NCBI GenBank assembly: GCA_964544585.1
Contig: CAZJBV010000001.1
Span: 45,330 to 109,329, forward strand
Source: an uncultured Gammaproteobacteria bacterium
GTDB taxonomy: Bacteria; Patescibacteriota; Microgenomatia; 2-02-FULL-39-11
Direction of reading: 5' to 3'
DNA length: 64,000 nt
The notes under the pieces were generated by a model, which had not been told where the DNA came from, did not search any database, and saw only the letters and a list, made by a program, of their open reading frames with translations. The translations under genes and the position numbers were made by a program. This document shows positions 45,626 to 55,247 of this stretch, in pieces. Each line of letters begins with the position of its first letter. The first letter of the stretch is position 1.

Positions 45626-47179
45626 TTACAAAGTCTCTGCGTCTCTTTTAGTTATAACCGTAAATTTATAGGGGCTAGATTTGTTTGAAAAGTAGGCAGT
45701 ATTGGGTAATTGTTCAATATCCTGACCAAAATAGTACTTTAAAATCAAGCGAAAAGTATTTACTGGAGTTATTTCTGGGTATATTAGTTTATCCCCTCCG
45801 AGAGGTAAGTAATAAGCATTGAGGATGGCCATTTTTTGTCTCTTTTCTTCTTCTGTTGCATTTTTCCAATCAAAATTCAGTTCACCTTTTCTGTATGCTT
45901 CCGGGTATGGTCCTTCATCGCCCTGAATAATTATAATGGGTGGATTTTCTTTTGATTTTTCCATGATCGTGTTTACCAATTCCTGTATTTTTTTATTGGC
46001 GAATACTATTTGTTCCTCATAGTTTCTTTTTTCACTTCTTTTATCCGTTTCCTCCTGACTTAAGCAATTTCCATCTTTGTCAAAGACATATGGTTCATGC
46101 GTTAGGAGAAAATGAGCAAATGTAAACGTAGGTTTTGAAATATCAGGCACTTTGGCAATTTCGTCAAACTTGTAGTAAGGTCTTTTGCAGTGAGTGAGCC
46201 GGCTATTAAAAAGCGGGATATTTAGCTTTATTGTAAGTGGATGAAATAATGATTTGCTATACACAATCTCTGAAAACTCAGAGAGCGAAGGCAAATTAAT
46301 ATTTTTATCTGCATTTCTATTCCAGGCCGTTGGACCCCACCATGAGCCGGCATGGATATAGAGATAACCATTTGATTTTAGAAATCTTAAGACAGAATAA
46401 TCCTCAATAAGATCAATAAGGGGTCTAATATCATCTGATTGTCTACCTAAAGATTTTATTAGATCGTCATGATATTCCATATTCAAAGATGAGGATAATG
46501 ATAATTGAGTTTGGGTATAATTTGCCCATGATTTTTGGGGAATAGAAAAATTGCTATCCTGTAGAAACTTTATAAATTGAGAATTGTCAAACTGGTACAC
46601 ATTTTCTAAAATATCGCTTCTTCCATAACGGTCGAATACAAAATAGTAAATATCAGGAGGATTTTTCTGATTTGAGCTGGTCACCTGCCAGGTATATGTT
46701 TTTTCATTCACAGCATAATTCAAAGAATATAATATGTCATATTTTATTATTTCGAAAAGAGATGGAATTAAGAGTGCAATTCCAATAAAGTTAGATATCA
46801 GCATTATCGATATTAGATTGGATTTACTCTTAAGGATTAGGTAGCTTGTTAAGAAAATTATTGCTATTGCAGCAATAAAACCAGGGGTTTGTTTTCCTTG
46901 GAGAAGACTATCTAAAGGTGACTGCCGAAGCAAATCAAAAATATGCCCGTAGCTTAGAATGACTAGTGCTGAGAGGGAAACAATAAGTGATGATTTATAA
47001 ATATTCTTTATAAATATATTCAGAAGAGCAAAGACAAACAAGGTACAGGCCACAATAAAAAATAGAGGCAAAAAAATGCCTGAAATGTGAATTCCTGTAA
47101 TGTTGTGGCTGTAGATAAAAAAGATAGGATAGGAAGAAATAAGAATGGGAAGGAGGATGGGAAATAAATTTTTTCTCAT
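45626..47179 (-). CDS. membrane sulfatase/alkaline-phosphatase-superfamily protein
   Basis: 5 TM, PDIYYFVFDRYGR, ANY.QT..S.SS.LNM, H...THEPY, IIIQGDEGP. Confidence 0.8.
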   Translation of the reverse strand: MRKNLFPILLPILISSYPIFFIYSHNITGIHISGIFLPLFFIVACTLFVFALLNIFIKNIYKSSLIVSLSALVILSYGHIFDLLRQSPLDSLLQGKQTPGFIAAIAIIFLTSYLILKSKSNLISIMLISNFIGIALLIPSLFEIIKYDILYSLNYAVNEKTYTWQVTSSNQKNPPDIYYFVFDRYGRSDILENVYQFDNSQFIKFLQDSNFSIPQKSWANYTQTQLSLSSSLNMEYHDDLIKSLGRQSDDIRPLIDLIEDYSVLRFLKSNGYLYIHAGSWWGPTAWNRNADKNINLPSLSEFSEIVYSKSLFHPLTIKLNIPLFNSRLTHCKRPYYKFDEIAKVPDISKPTFTFAHFLLTHEPYVFDKDGNCLSQEETDKRSEKRNYEEQIVFANKKIQELVNTIMEKSKENPPIIIIQGDEGPYPEAYRKGELNFDWKNATEEEKRQKMAILNAYYLPLGGDKLIYPEITPVNTFRLILKYYFGQDIEQLPNTAYFSNKSSPYKFTVITKRDAETL

Positions 47180-47237
47180 AGTTTAAATTCAATTATAAAA
47201 GATTATGACGTCTAATGTACGGGTCTCGGGTACAAAA

Positions 47238-48356
47238 TTATTCCTTTAAATCGATGACTCGGATCGCGCGGGTGGGAGACAGGCGCGGAGAAGGAGAAGG
47301 TGGCGGTCCGATGGAAGAGTGAATGTAAAACTTTACCTCTTCCCATTTATTTTTTCCTTTTTGGGGAATGAGAATATACTGACCGTCATCGGAATAGTCG
47401 TATTTCAAGACATTATCTATATCTGGCGATACGGTATAGACTTTATAATCATCTTTGTGTGGCGCTTGTGACAGGAGAGAGGTTATATCAAGGGGTGTGA
47501 GGTCTGTTTGCACATAAAGACTTAGGGTTTCAAACAGTGAGGGAATTTTGGGCAGAATTGAGGGATTTAAAAGCTTTTTTGATAGTGCCTCCAAAATAAG
47601 TTGCTGCCTTTTGGCGCGGGCAAAATCTCCTTGTTCGCCGGCTCCGTGACGGGATCTGACATACTTTAAGGCTGTATCTCCATCCATGGTTTTTATACCG
47701 GCGCTAAAAGTAGCTATCTCAAATCTACAAGGAAAAGATTGCCGGGGCTTATCTTTAAATTCTTCAAGCGCTTTTTCCAGTTCCTCTCCCTCTTTTCCGC
47801 AGGTGTCTGCCTCTTTGCCGGCGATGGGGAATTCTTTATCCTCGAATGATTTTTCGACATTGACAGTTATCCCGCCAAGATTGTCGATTGCCTGAATAAA
47901 TCCATCAAAGTTGACTATAACTACTTTTGTTACGGGAAAACCGGTTATTTGGGAAATTGTCCTTTTTATAAGTTCTGAATCTGATGTGGGGTCGTGCTGT
48001 TTTTTATTTTTATTGAAACGTTCCAGTTGATATAAAGTATTTATTTTTGCAAACGTGCCTTTTTTATCGGGTCTTTCTACCCAAAGGTCACGGGGAATTG
48101 AAATTAAGGAAGCTATTTTTTTTGTTTTATTTATGCTGACCGTAAGGATAGTATCTGTGAGAAATGCGCCATCGTGTTTCCCCCCGGGGTAGCCTAGAAG
48201 AAGGATAGAATATATATCATCTGATGGTGTGGGGATAGGCATATTTCCAAAGAGTGGGCTTTTTGTAGTTTGGGAATTTTTGGACAAGGTCTTCCATCCG
48301 AAAAATATTATCAATCCAATAATAGAAATAATGATAAAAGACTTGAGCTTTTGCAC
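47238..48356 (-). CDS. LCP (LytR-CpsA-Psr) family protein
   Basis: LTDTI, SIPRDLWV, KIN, YVRSRH, DFARAKRQQ; start approximate. Confidence 0.9.
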   Translation of the reverse strand: MQKLKSFIIISIIGLIIFFGWKTLSKNSQTTKSPLFGNMPIPTPSDDIYSILLLGYPGGKHDGAFLTDTILTVSINKTKKIASLISIPRDLWVERPDKKGTFAKINTLYQLERFNKNKKQHDPTSDSELIKRTISQITGFPVTKVVIVNFDGFIQAIDNLGGITVNVEKSFEDKEFPIAGKEADTCGKEGEELEKALEEFKDKPRQSFPCRFEIATFSAGIKTMDGDTALKYVRSRHGAGEQGDFARAKRQQLILEALSKKLLNPSILPKIPSLFETLSLYVQTDLTPLDITSLLSQAPHKDDYKVYTVSPDIDNVLKYDYSDDGQYILIPQKGKNKWEEVKFYIHSSIGPPPSPSPRLSPTRAIRVIDLKE

Positions 48357-48386
48357 TATTAAATTATAATAGTAGATAAACAATTT

Positions 48387-48749
48387 ATGAAGAAAGTACT
48401 TTTTATTGATGATGATGCGAGTCTGACGAGGGTGTACCACCAGCGATTATCGGCTGAGGGATATGAAGTAATAAGCGCCGCAACGGCAGAAGATGGATTG
48501 AAAATTTTAGAAACTAACCAACCTGATTTGGTGGTTTTGGATATTATGCTTCCGGGAGCGATGAGTGGCATGGACCTCTTGGAAAAAATTAAAAGAGATT
48601 ATAAACTTAATAAGATTCCGACAATTATGCTGTCAAATATTGACAGTCACATGGTCAAATCGCTTGAATTGGGGGCAACGTGGTATTTTGTCAAAGCGAA
48701 TTCTTCTTTGGATGAAGTAATAAAAAAGGTGAAGTCAATCATCGGCTAG
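48387..48749 (+). CDS. stand-alone response regulator receiver
   Basis: IDDD, PDLVVLDIMLP, MLSN, YFVK. Confidence 0.9.
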   Translation: MKKVLFIDDDASLTRVYHQRLSAEGYEVISAATAEDGLKILETNQPDLVVLDIMLPGAMSGMDLLEKIKRDYKLNKIPTIMLSNIDSHMVKSLELGATWYFVKANSSLDEVIKKVKSIIG

Positions 48750-49639
48750 GTGATATTGCGAGGAAGAAGTACACTAAATTCAGTGCCTTTGTCTACAGTT
48801 GAAGAGACCTTTATTTTCCCGTTCATAGCGTCAATTATAGCTTTGACTAAATAGAGACCTAGTCCGTGTCCACTAGGAGCAAAACTTTTGGCATTGGAAG
48901 CCCGAAAAAGTTTTGCGAAAATTTTATCTATTTCTTTTACGGGAATGCCGATACCGGTATCTTTAACTTTTATTTCAACTTCTTTAGGATCATCCAAAAT
49001 GGCAACCTCTAGAATCCCCCCAGTTTTACTATACTTGACGGCATTTTCTAATAGGTTTTTGACGACTATTTTAAAAACATTTTCTTCCATAGGCATGAAA
49101 ACTTGCCCGCTTCCATATTTTGTCCTAAATGACAATTGTTTTGCCGATATTTCTGGTCTCAATTCCGTCACGACCTGTTTTGTCAGATTGATAATGTTGG
49201 ACTTTTGGATAGCCGGTAGTTGCCTGAGCGCACCGAATGTAGAGATATTTAAAAGGACGTCGGTCAATTCCGCCAATCTTTTTGACTCTGTACCAATATC
49301 ATCTAAAACTCTTTTTATATCTTTGCCTAGATTTTTCTTCTTGAGTAAGCCCTCTGTCTCCCATCTAATATGAGTAATGGGGTTTCGCAGTTGATGGGCG
49401 GCAAAAGCGATAAAGTCCTCTTTGGTTCTAACCTCTTTTAAATTATTCGCCAATTCAAGTTCCTCGTCTCTTTTTCTTAGGATGTACCAACAAATAATGA
49501 TGATATTAAGGCCTACCAATAAACTCAGAATGTGAATAATACTAAGTTGGGCCCCCTGAAAAATATGAAGGCTGACTTTGAGGAGATTGTATGAAAAAAA
49601 AATGCCACCGAGGAGTGTACCAATAAGGAGAAGTTTCAT
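48746..49639 (-). CDS. membrane sensor histidine kinase
   Basis: AHQLRNP, NLLENAVKY, DTGIGI, GHGLGL. Confidence 0.9.
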   Translation of the reverse strand: MKLLLIGTLLGGIFFSYNLLKVSLHIFQGAQLSIIHILSLLVGLNIIIICWYILRKRDEELELANNLKEVRTKEDFIAFAAHQLRNPITHIRWETEGLLKKKNLGKDIKRVLDDIGTESKRLAELTDVLLNISTFGALRQLPAIQKSNIINLTKQVVTELRPEISAKQLSFRTKYGSGQVFMPMEENVFKIVVKNLLENAVKYSKTGGILEVAILDDPKEVEIKVKDTGIGIPVKEIDKIFAKLFRASNAKSFAPSGHGLGLYLVKAIIDAMNGKIKVSSTVDKGTEFSVLLPRNIT

Positions 49640-49676
49640 ATTAGTAATTCTACTATGGCAAATTGGGGTTTCGCGG

Positions 49677-50213
49677 TCAAGTAAGGAGGGCGACGATGAC
49701 AAATCGTTTGGAATCAAAAAAGCCGGTACAGGTATATAGAGTAAGGCGAACGTCATTGGAGGGATCGAGAATCTGAAAGTCTGTAGGACTGACTACGGTC
49801 GTATATTTAATAGTAAATTTTTTAATGGAGCGATCATCAAATTCTATGACTATTTCCTGACCTGGCCGGGCATTGGGCAGGTTTCCCAAGAGATTTGTCC
49901 AATTATGTCCGTATAAAATGCTATTTCCAACTTCGCCGGGGATAACTGATGATGAGAGGTAAGAGACTCCTTCGGTTGATGCCTCCCACTGTCCTTTTGC
50001 TAGAGTGGCCGGATAAATAGGAAGATCAATGCCGAGTTTTTTAATGGTTATTCTTTTGGGGAGTCTTTTAACGGCAAGAGTGTTCTTGGATGGATAAGTG
50101 TTGATGTCAAAAGAGAGACGACGAGGGGAATTTCTCTGCCAGACTAAATATGATGTAAAAATTAATGAAAGAAGACCAATAGTTATAAATGTGTAAGAGA
50201 AGAAGCGCTTCAT
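49677..50213 (-). CDS. sortase
   Basis: N-terminal TM, ILYGHN, LTLYTC, KR. Confidence 0.9.
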   Translation of the reverse strand: MKRFFSYTFITIGLLSLIFTSYLVWQRNSPRRLSFDINTYPSKNTLAVKRLPKRITIKKLGIDLPIYPATLAKGQWEASTEGVSYLSSSVIPGEVGNSILYGHNWTNLLGNLPNARPGQEIVIEFDDRSIKKFTIKYTTVVSPTDFQILDPSNDVRLTLYTCTGFFDSKRFVIVALLT

Positions 50214-50797
50214 TTCTCTTTTTTTAGATAAAGTCCCAGAGAAAGTGAGATAAAGCCAAGTGAGCCTAGGATAAAGATTGGAAGAATGCCTCCTGTTGCG
50301 GCGAGTCCTAAAACAGATCCGATGGAGGTCGAGGTTCCGGCGACAGTTCCTCCCCCGCTGCCGTTATCAGAGGTTGATCCATTTGTTCCTCCACTGCAGG
50401 AATAGTTGGCATTTTGGACTAAATATGGATCGTCTTCGAGTCCCCAAACAACACCAGTAGGAATGAATGTCCAGCCCTGGGAAAGAAGAATATCTATTTC
50501 TTGCCCTGTCAACGAATTTACATTCCACCAGTTTGTTTGAATTCCATTGCCGTCCTCAGCACAGAAGCACTGGACGTGATTTCCCGAGCCTAAATCATAA
50601 ACTGTATCGGACCCGGAAAATGAACTAGTATTACCTGGAATTCCGTGGGTACCTGATGGATAACTGACTTTGACTGTGCCTGTCGGATTTGTGCATGATG
50701 GGAATGAAGGAGGAGTTGTCTGGGCCAGAACAACTGAATGAACGCTGAATAAAAATGCGATGGCGATCGTTAAGCTTTGAATTATTTTTCTGGACAT
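50210..50797 (-). CDS. secreted protein with sortase-type sorting signal
   Basis: signal peptide, Cys-containing domain, Gly/Ser/Thr linker, LAATG + TM + KKEK. Confidence 0.75.
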   Translation of the reverse strand: MSRKIIQSLTIAIAFLFSVHSVVLAQTTPPSFPSCTNPTGTVKVSYPSGTHGIPGNTSSFSGSDTVYDLGSGNHVQCFCAEDGNGIQTNWWNVNSLTGQEIDILLSQGWTFIPTGVVWGLEDDPYLVQNANYSCSGGTNGSTSDNGSGGGTVAGTSTSIGSVLGLAATGGILPIFILGSLGFISLSLGLYLKKEK

Positions 50798-50876
50798 TTT
50801 TGGGGGGCAAGAGGACAGCTTGTTTTATAGGAAATATTATGGGATTATAACATACTCCTTCAATTTTTACTAATTT

Positions 50877-52109
50877 TTACCATCCTAGGAGTTTGTATAG
50901 ATTTTTAAGAAATTTATAAATTAAATCAGGGTCCTTTTTAGACATAATGATAGGATCTTGATTTATATTATTCGGATCAAGTGTTATTGAGTAATATCCC
51001 GAAGCTTCAATTTTTAGACTTTTGCCGTGATTACTATAAAATAAGCTAAAATTGCCATTTTTATCTGTAGTTATAGACTGGGAAGAAATAGATACAGAAG
51101 CACCTATTATGGGCTGTTTTAATTCGTTAATTATTTTACCTTTAATAATTTTAGGAGAATAATATGATGTCACGACGTCTGCTGCCATTCTTTTTGTCCC
51201 GTCCGGATTCCAAAGTTGGGTCGAACCACCGACGCTGACCCAATAGTTTAGACCGATGAGATTTTTCTCGCTGGTTAATTTTTCCAGGGTCTCGGCTAAA
51301 TATTGAGCTTGATCGGTTTCACTTAAATTACCATGGATATCCGGAATGGGAGCACCGAATTCGCCCAAAATTATCTTTCCTCCCGAATTTAGGGCATAAT
51401 TTTTGATATCCTTTAATAGTTTATCCGGACTTCTGACATAATGATCGATGACGACTACTCCGTCGAGGGCTTTGGTTGTCGGGCGATCCATAATTATACT
51501 GGCGACGTCTCCATTCATAGAATATGTATTAGCCATGACATTTTTGCCAATTTTATTAAATGCATTTTTGGCAGCTTGGTATTCCTCAATGAGAAATTTA
51601 CGGTGGCCAGTGATGTCTCCGGTGCGTCTCGGGTCTCCGGGACCACCGTTTTCGCATTCGGTGCATGATGTAAAAAGATCGCCATCTTCGAATAATTCAG
51701 GATTTCTTTCAATAAAATCTTTTGTCTTTTGGATGTGTTCTTCTCTATTTATGCTTGTGTAGCCAAACCATTTTTCCCAACCAGAAAAATTGCCACGGAA
51801 CCAGACATTGAGGTCATACTTTCTGGCGGTGGAAACCCAGCGTTTTAGGAAGGGAATAAATTCTTCGTCGTAGGGGGTGCCGATGGCAATATGAGTTGCT
51901 CCTGTTTGGGAAATATTTCTGACCTGTTCATCGATAGTTCTGTCGAAGCTTTTGTCTTTTAATTTTTCCCGGGCAATGTCGCGGGAATATTTCATGACAT
52001 CTATAGACTGGATTTGCCACCAGGAATGACGGGGGTCGATTGCCTCCGGTTTTTCGATTAAGAGAAAAAAGAAGCTGAAAATTAAAAGTAAAATCAAATA
52101 CTTGGTCAT
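50877..52109 (-). CDS. secreted glycoside-hydrolase-like TIM-barrel protein with C-terminal beta-sandwich
   Basis: TECENG and ILGEFG acid/nucleophile-like motifs; TTDKNGNF domain. Confidence 0.55.
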   Translation of the reverse strand: MTKYLILLLIFSFFFLLIEKPEAIDPRHSWWQIQSIDVMKYSRDIAREKLKDKSFDRTIDEQVRNISQTGATHIAIGTPYDEEFIPFLKRWVSTARKYDLNVWFRGNFSGWEKWFGYTSINREEHIQKTKDFIERNPELFEDGDLFTSCTECENGGPGDPRRTGDITGHRKFLIEEYQAAKNAFNKIGKNVMANTYSMNGDVASIIMDRPTTKALDGVVVIDHYVRSPDKLLKDIKNYALNSGGKIILGEFGAPIPDIHGNLSETDQAQYLAETLEKLTSEKNLIGLNYWVSVGGSTQLWNPDGTKRMAADVVTSYYSPKIIKGKIINELKQPIIGASVSISSQSITTDKNGNFSLFYSNHGKSLKIEASGYYSITLDPNNINQDPIIMSKKDPDLIYKFLKNLYKLLGW

Positions 52110-52110
52110 A

Positions 52111-53733
52111 TTATTTATTATTTTTTAAAGTAGGATCAGTATTTAGTTCGGCAATAAATTCTTCTCTCAGTTGATAAACGTCAGCAAATGGATATTCTGC
52201 CACTTTGTCATATAGCTTAAATCCGGGGACGCGGCTGACTGCTTTCCAAGTTAGGTCGTTGTCGTCGTGCGTCCTCATGACGATCCAGCGGGCCCAGCGA
52301 TCCGGAGAAGTGGTGGCGCTTTCCCAGTATGAGCCCGTTCCTTCGTGGATAAAGCGCTTCATGGGTAATCCCGATGAGAAGATAATGGCGTCGTGGGAGG
52401 CAGCAGAGATAAGGATAAAACCTTTTTTGTCTGTGGCATGTGCTTTTAAATATCCGCTTACTTCTGAGACATTTTTCTGGCTGGAGCCGACGAGGGCATC
52501 ATCTATCGTGACCGCATCGCCATTGAGAAAAGAAAATGTAGTTACAAAAAGAAGGAGTCCAACGATAACCCATTTAAGATTTGCAAGTCTATAGATTAGA
52601 TAACCAACAAAGATGGCAATTGAAGGCATCATCATCACACCGTAGCGGACATTAAACCAGGTATCGCCTGATATCCCCTGAACGAAAAGAACGCTGTGAC
52701 CTAATACCAAGGCTAAAATATTGAAAAGAAAGGGGGTAAAAAGAAGGCCAATTATGCTTGCGCGCAGACTTAATTTTATGGATTTATCGAGGAGTAAAAG
52801 TATTGCGCCTACCAAACCTAACAGAGCGGTAAAGGCGCCGGAATTGAATATAAGTGCATAGAGATAGACTTTTAGGGATAAGATTAGATCTCCTTTGGTG
52901 GCGAGAACGCCTGCTTCTTCGAGCTGCTGCTGCTGGGCTCTGGCTGAAAATGGTCCAAAAGCAAAGTAGAGAGCGTCTTTAAAGATTAATTGGTTCCAGA
53001 GAAACCAAAGTGCGATTCCAAACCCTGCCAGTGTGACAAAAAGAATTGTCAGTCCCTCTGCGGTTTTGTATCCTTTTTCTTTTAATACTTTGAGGCCAAC
53101 AAGAAGTGTTGACATAAAAAGTAGAAACCAACCGTCATAGCGGACGAGGGTAGCGAGCATAATCCAAAATGCGGCCCGAATAATATAAATTATTTCAACT
53201 TTTTTAAACCAGGTGACAAGCTCGTAGACACCGAGTGTCATTGTGCCTATGAGTAACAATTCCGTCATGGCAATTGATTGAAGATATAAGACGTTTAAAT
53301 TAGCCACAAAGACAAAAACTCCTACCAGACGGCCGAATAAGCCGACTTTTAAGAAAGAGAGGAATTTATAGATAACGATGCTGGTAATGACAAACGAGAT
53401 CATTGACTGGAGGCTTCCAGAGAGTCCTGAGTGCCAGAAGAAATCATTCCAGACAGTCGGAACCATGAGGACGTGAGGAAGCGGGAGCCAGACTGATCCG
53501 AGTTGAGCAAGTCCGGGTTTTAAACCTTCCACGACACGGCGGCCTATATCCAGATGTGATCGGGCATCATTGTAAGAAAGACTGAGGCCAATCTGATAAT
53601 AATAGACAAAGAGAATTACTGATACGGAAGATAAAAAACCTATGATAAATATGAATAGATACTTATTGGAATTGTCTTTTAGAGAAGTGAAAATTTTTTC
53701 CGGTAGCGTAATTGTCAATTCTAGTGATTTCAT
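52111..53733 (-). CDS. GT-C type integral-membrane glycosyltransferase
   Basis: YNDARSH, WLPLPH, MTE, RYDGW; many TM. Confidence 0.7.
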   Translation of the reverse strand: MKSLELTITLPEKIFTSLKDNSNKYLFIFIIGFLSSVSVILFVYYYQIGLSLSYNDARSHLDIGRRVVEGLKPGLAQLGSVWLPLPHVLMVPTVWNDFFWHSGLSGSLQSMISFVITSIVIYKFLSFLKVGLFGRLVGVFVFVANLNVLYLQSIAMTELLLIGTMTLGVYELVTWFKKVEIIYIIRAAFWIMLATLVRYDGWFLLFMSTLLVGLKVLKEKGYKTAEGLTILFVTLAGFGIALWFLWNQLIFKDALYFAFGPFSARAQQQQLEEAGVLATKGDLILSLKVYLYALIFNSGAFTALLGLVGAILLLLDKSIKLSLRASIIGLLFTPFLFNILALVLGHSVLFVQGISGDTWFNVRYGVMMMPSIAIFVGYLIYRLANLKWVIVGLLLFVTTFSFLNGDAVTIDDALVGSSQKNVSEVSGYLKAHATDKKGFILISAASHDAIIFSSGLPMKRFIHEGTGSYWESATTSPDRWARWIVMRTHDDNDLTWKAVSRVPGFKLYDKVAEYPFADVYQLREEFIAELNTDPTLKNNK

Positions 53734-55247
53734 ATATTTTCCCTTTCTCTAATTTGATCTTTTTGAGTAGCAATTAAGCTAATAAATAATATAGATGATA
53801 TTACTACTAGATAGGACGTGACAAAATATCTTGCGGAAATAAATTTTGCGAAATATAGATTGTAGGCAATTGAACTTGAGAAATCTTTTTCCAACAATTT
53901 CAGATTATATTGGTATGTATGAGGAATGGGCTCTGATAAATTGACTGCTTCTACTTTGGGCGGAACAGCATTGGTGGTGATTGCACCGACGAGAGAGATT
54001 GTTATGCTATATATGGAAATAACAGCAAACACGATCACGAAAGTTTTGTTTTGTTTAAATTTTTCTATTAATACTCCAATACCTGCTGAGGCTATTGCCG
54101 TTGCCGGAAGTAAGTATCTGGGACCAAAGGACCAGCCACCCCAAGGATCGCCAAACATAGAGTAGGAAGTAACAACTGTGAGGATGACGGCTACAGCCAA
54201 TATGGTATTGCCATTTACGTTTTTCTTCTTTAAGCTGACATACAGACCTATAAATCCAATGATAATAACTGGAGAATAAATCAACCAACCTCTTTCGTCG
54301 CTTATAAGAAGTATATAAAGACCGTTTAGTTGATTTCTGGTATCGAAGGGTAGCTTTTTTTCTATTTGCAATTTCTTTGTTCCACTTCGTGGTTTGGCGA
54401 TAATTTTTCCATTTACCTCCATCACATCCGATCTTCCGATTAGCTGGCCGGTTAAGGTATATGAGCCGGTGAGAGTATGATTGTACCAACCAAAAAGGGC
54501 AAGAAAAGGCAGTATGCCAAATATCAGTCCTACTATATTTAATTTTAGTGAAAGAGCGACTTTTTCCTCAATTTGCTTTTTGTCAAATGATTTATAAAGA
54601 GCATAAAGTAGAACCGGTATAAAGAAAAAGGCGTTAGGTATATCTGCCAATAATCCTATTCCGAATAAACCTCCCAGGACAACATTCTTGAGAAATGTTC
54701 TTTTACCGAAGAGATTTAAAAGCGAAAGAAGAATGACCAAAATGGTGAGGTGATGCTGGGTATATGTGGTGGCATAGGATAGTGCATTGGTGCCGAAAAG
54801 GAAAATAAATCCTGCTATATATGATGCTATATTGCCTGCACCGAATTTTCTGGATAGTTTTGCCACAAGGAGCATGTTTATAAAGGCAAGGATGACGTTT
54901 AGAAGATAGGTAGTGAATTGAGGAAAGCCAAAATATTTTCCTATTATATATAGCGGTACGCCTAAAAATGATACACCCGGGGTAAAGATGGAGAAAAATT
55001 TTCCATTGTGATAGACGACGTCGGGTGTAGCAAATTTGGCCTCTTTGGGGGTCAATTCAAAAGAGAATCGATCGGCTATAGCTTGAGTTAGTGCATAACG
55101 CGAGCTATTGTTGGAAGACTCAAATGGACCGCCAAGTGTAGTATCGTATTCTTTCTGATAAGCAATCGGCTCGCCCACTTTGCCTCTAACTAAACCCAAA
55201 AGAAATATTAAGCTCATAATTATTATTAGTAATTTGAATTTTTTCAT
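53730..55247 (-). CDS. GT-C type integral-membrane protein
   Basis: SRYALT, PGVSFL..P, GGWSFGPRYLLP; many TM. Confidence 0.65.
   Translation of the reverse strand: MKKFKLLIIIMSLIFLLGLVRGKVGEPIAYQKEYDTTLGGPFESSNNSSRYALTQAIADRFSFELTPKEAKFATPDVVYHNGKFFSIFTPGVSFLGVPLYIIGKYFGFPQFTTYLLNVILAFINMLLVAKLSRKFGAGNIASYIAGFIFLFGTNALSYATTYTQHHLTILVILLSLLNLFGKRTFLKNVVLGGLFGIGLLADIPNAFFFIPVLLYALYKSFDKKQIEEKVALSLKLNIVGLIFGILPFLALFGWYNHTLTGSYTLTGQLIGRSDVMEVNGKIIAKPRSGTKKLQIEKKLPFDTRNQLNGLYILLISDERGWLIYSPVIIIGFIGLYVSLKKKNVNGNTILAVAVILTVVTSYSMFGDPWGGWSFGPRYLLPATAIASAGIGVLIEKFKQNKTFVIVFAVISIYSITISLVGAITTNAVPPKVEAVNLSEPIPHTYQYNLKLLEKDFSSSIAYNLYFAKFISARYFVTSYLVVISSILFISLIATQKDQIRERENI

Larger units (their letters stand above)
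34386..45629. mobile_element. 11.2 kb integrative element in the tRNA-Glu 3' end; core TAC at 34386-34388 and 45627-45629
   Basis: both ends are reproduced, joined at the same 3-bp core, in the internal copy at 36115-36387; recombinase at the left end. Confidence 0.85.
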
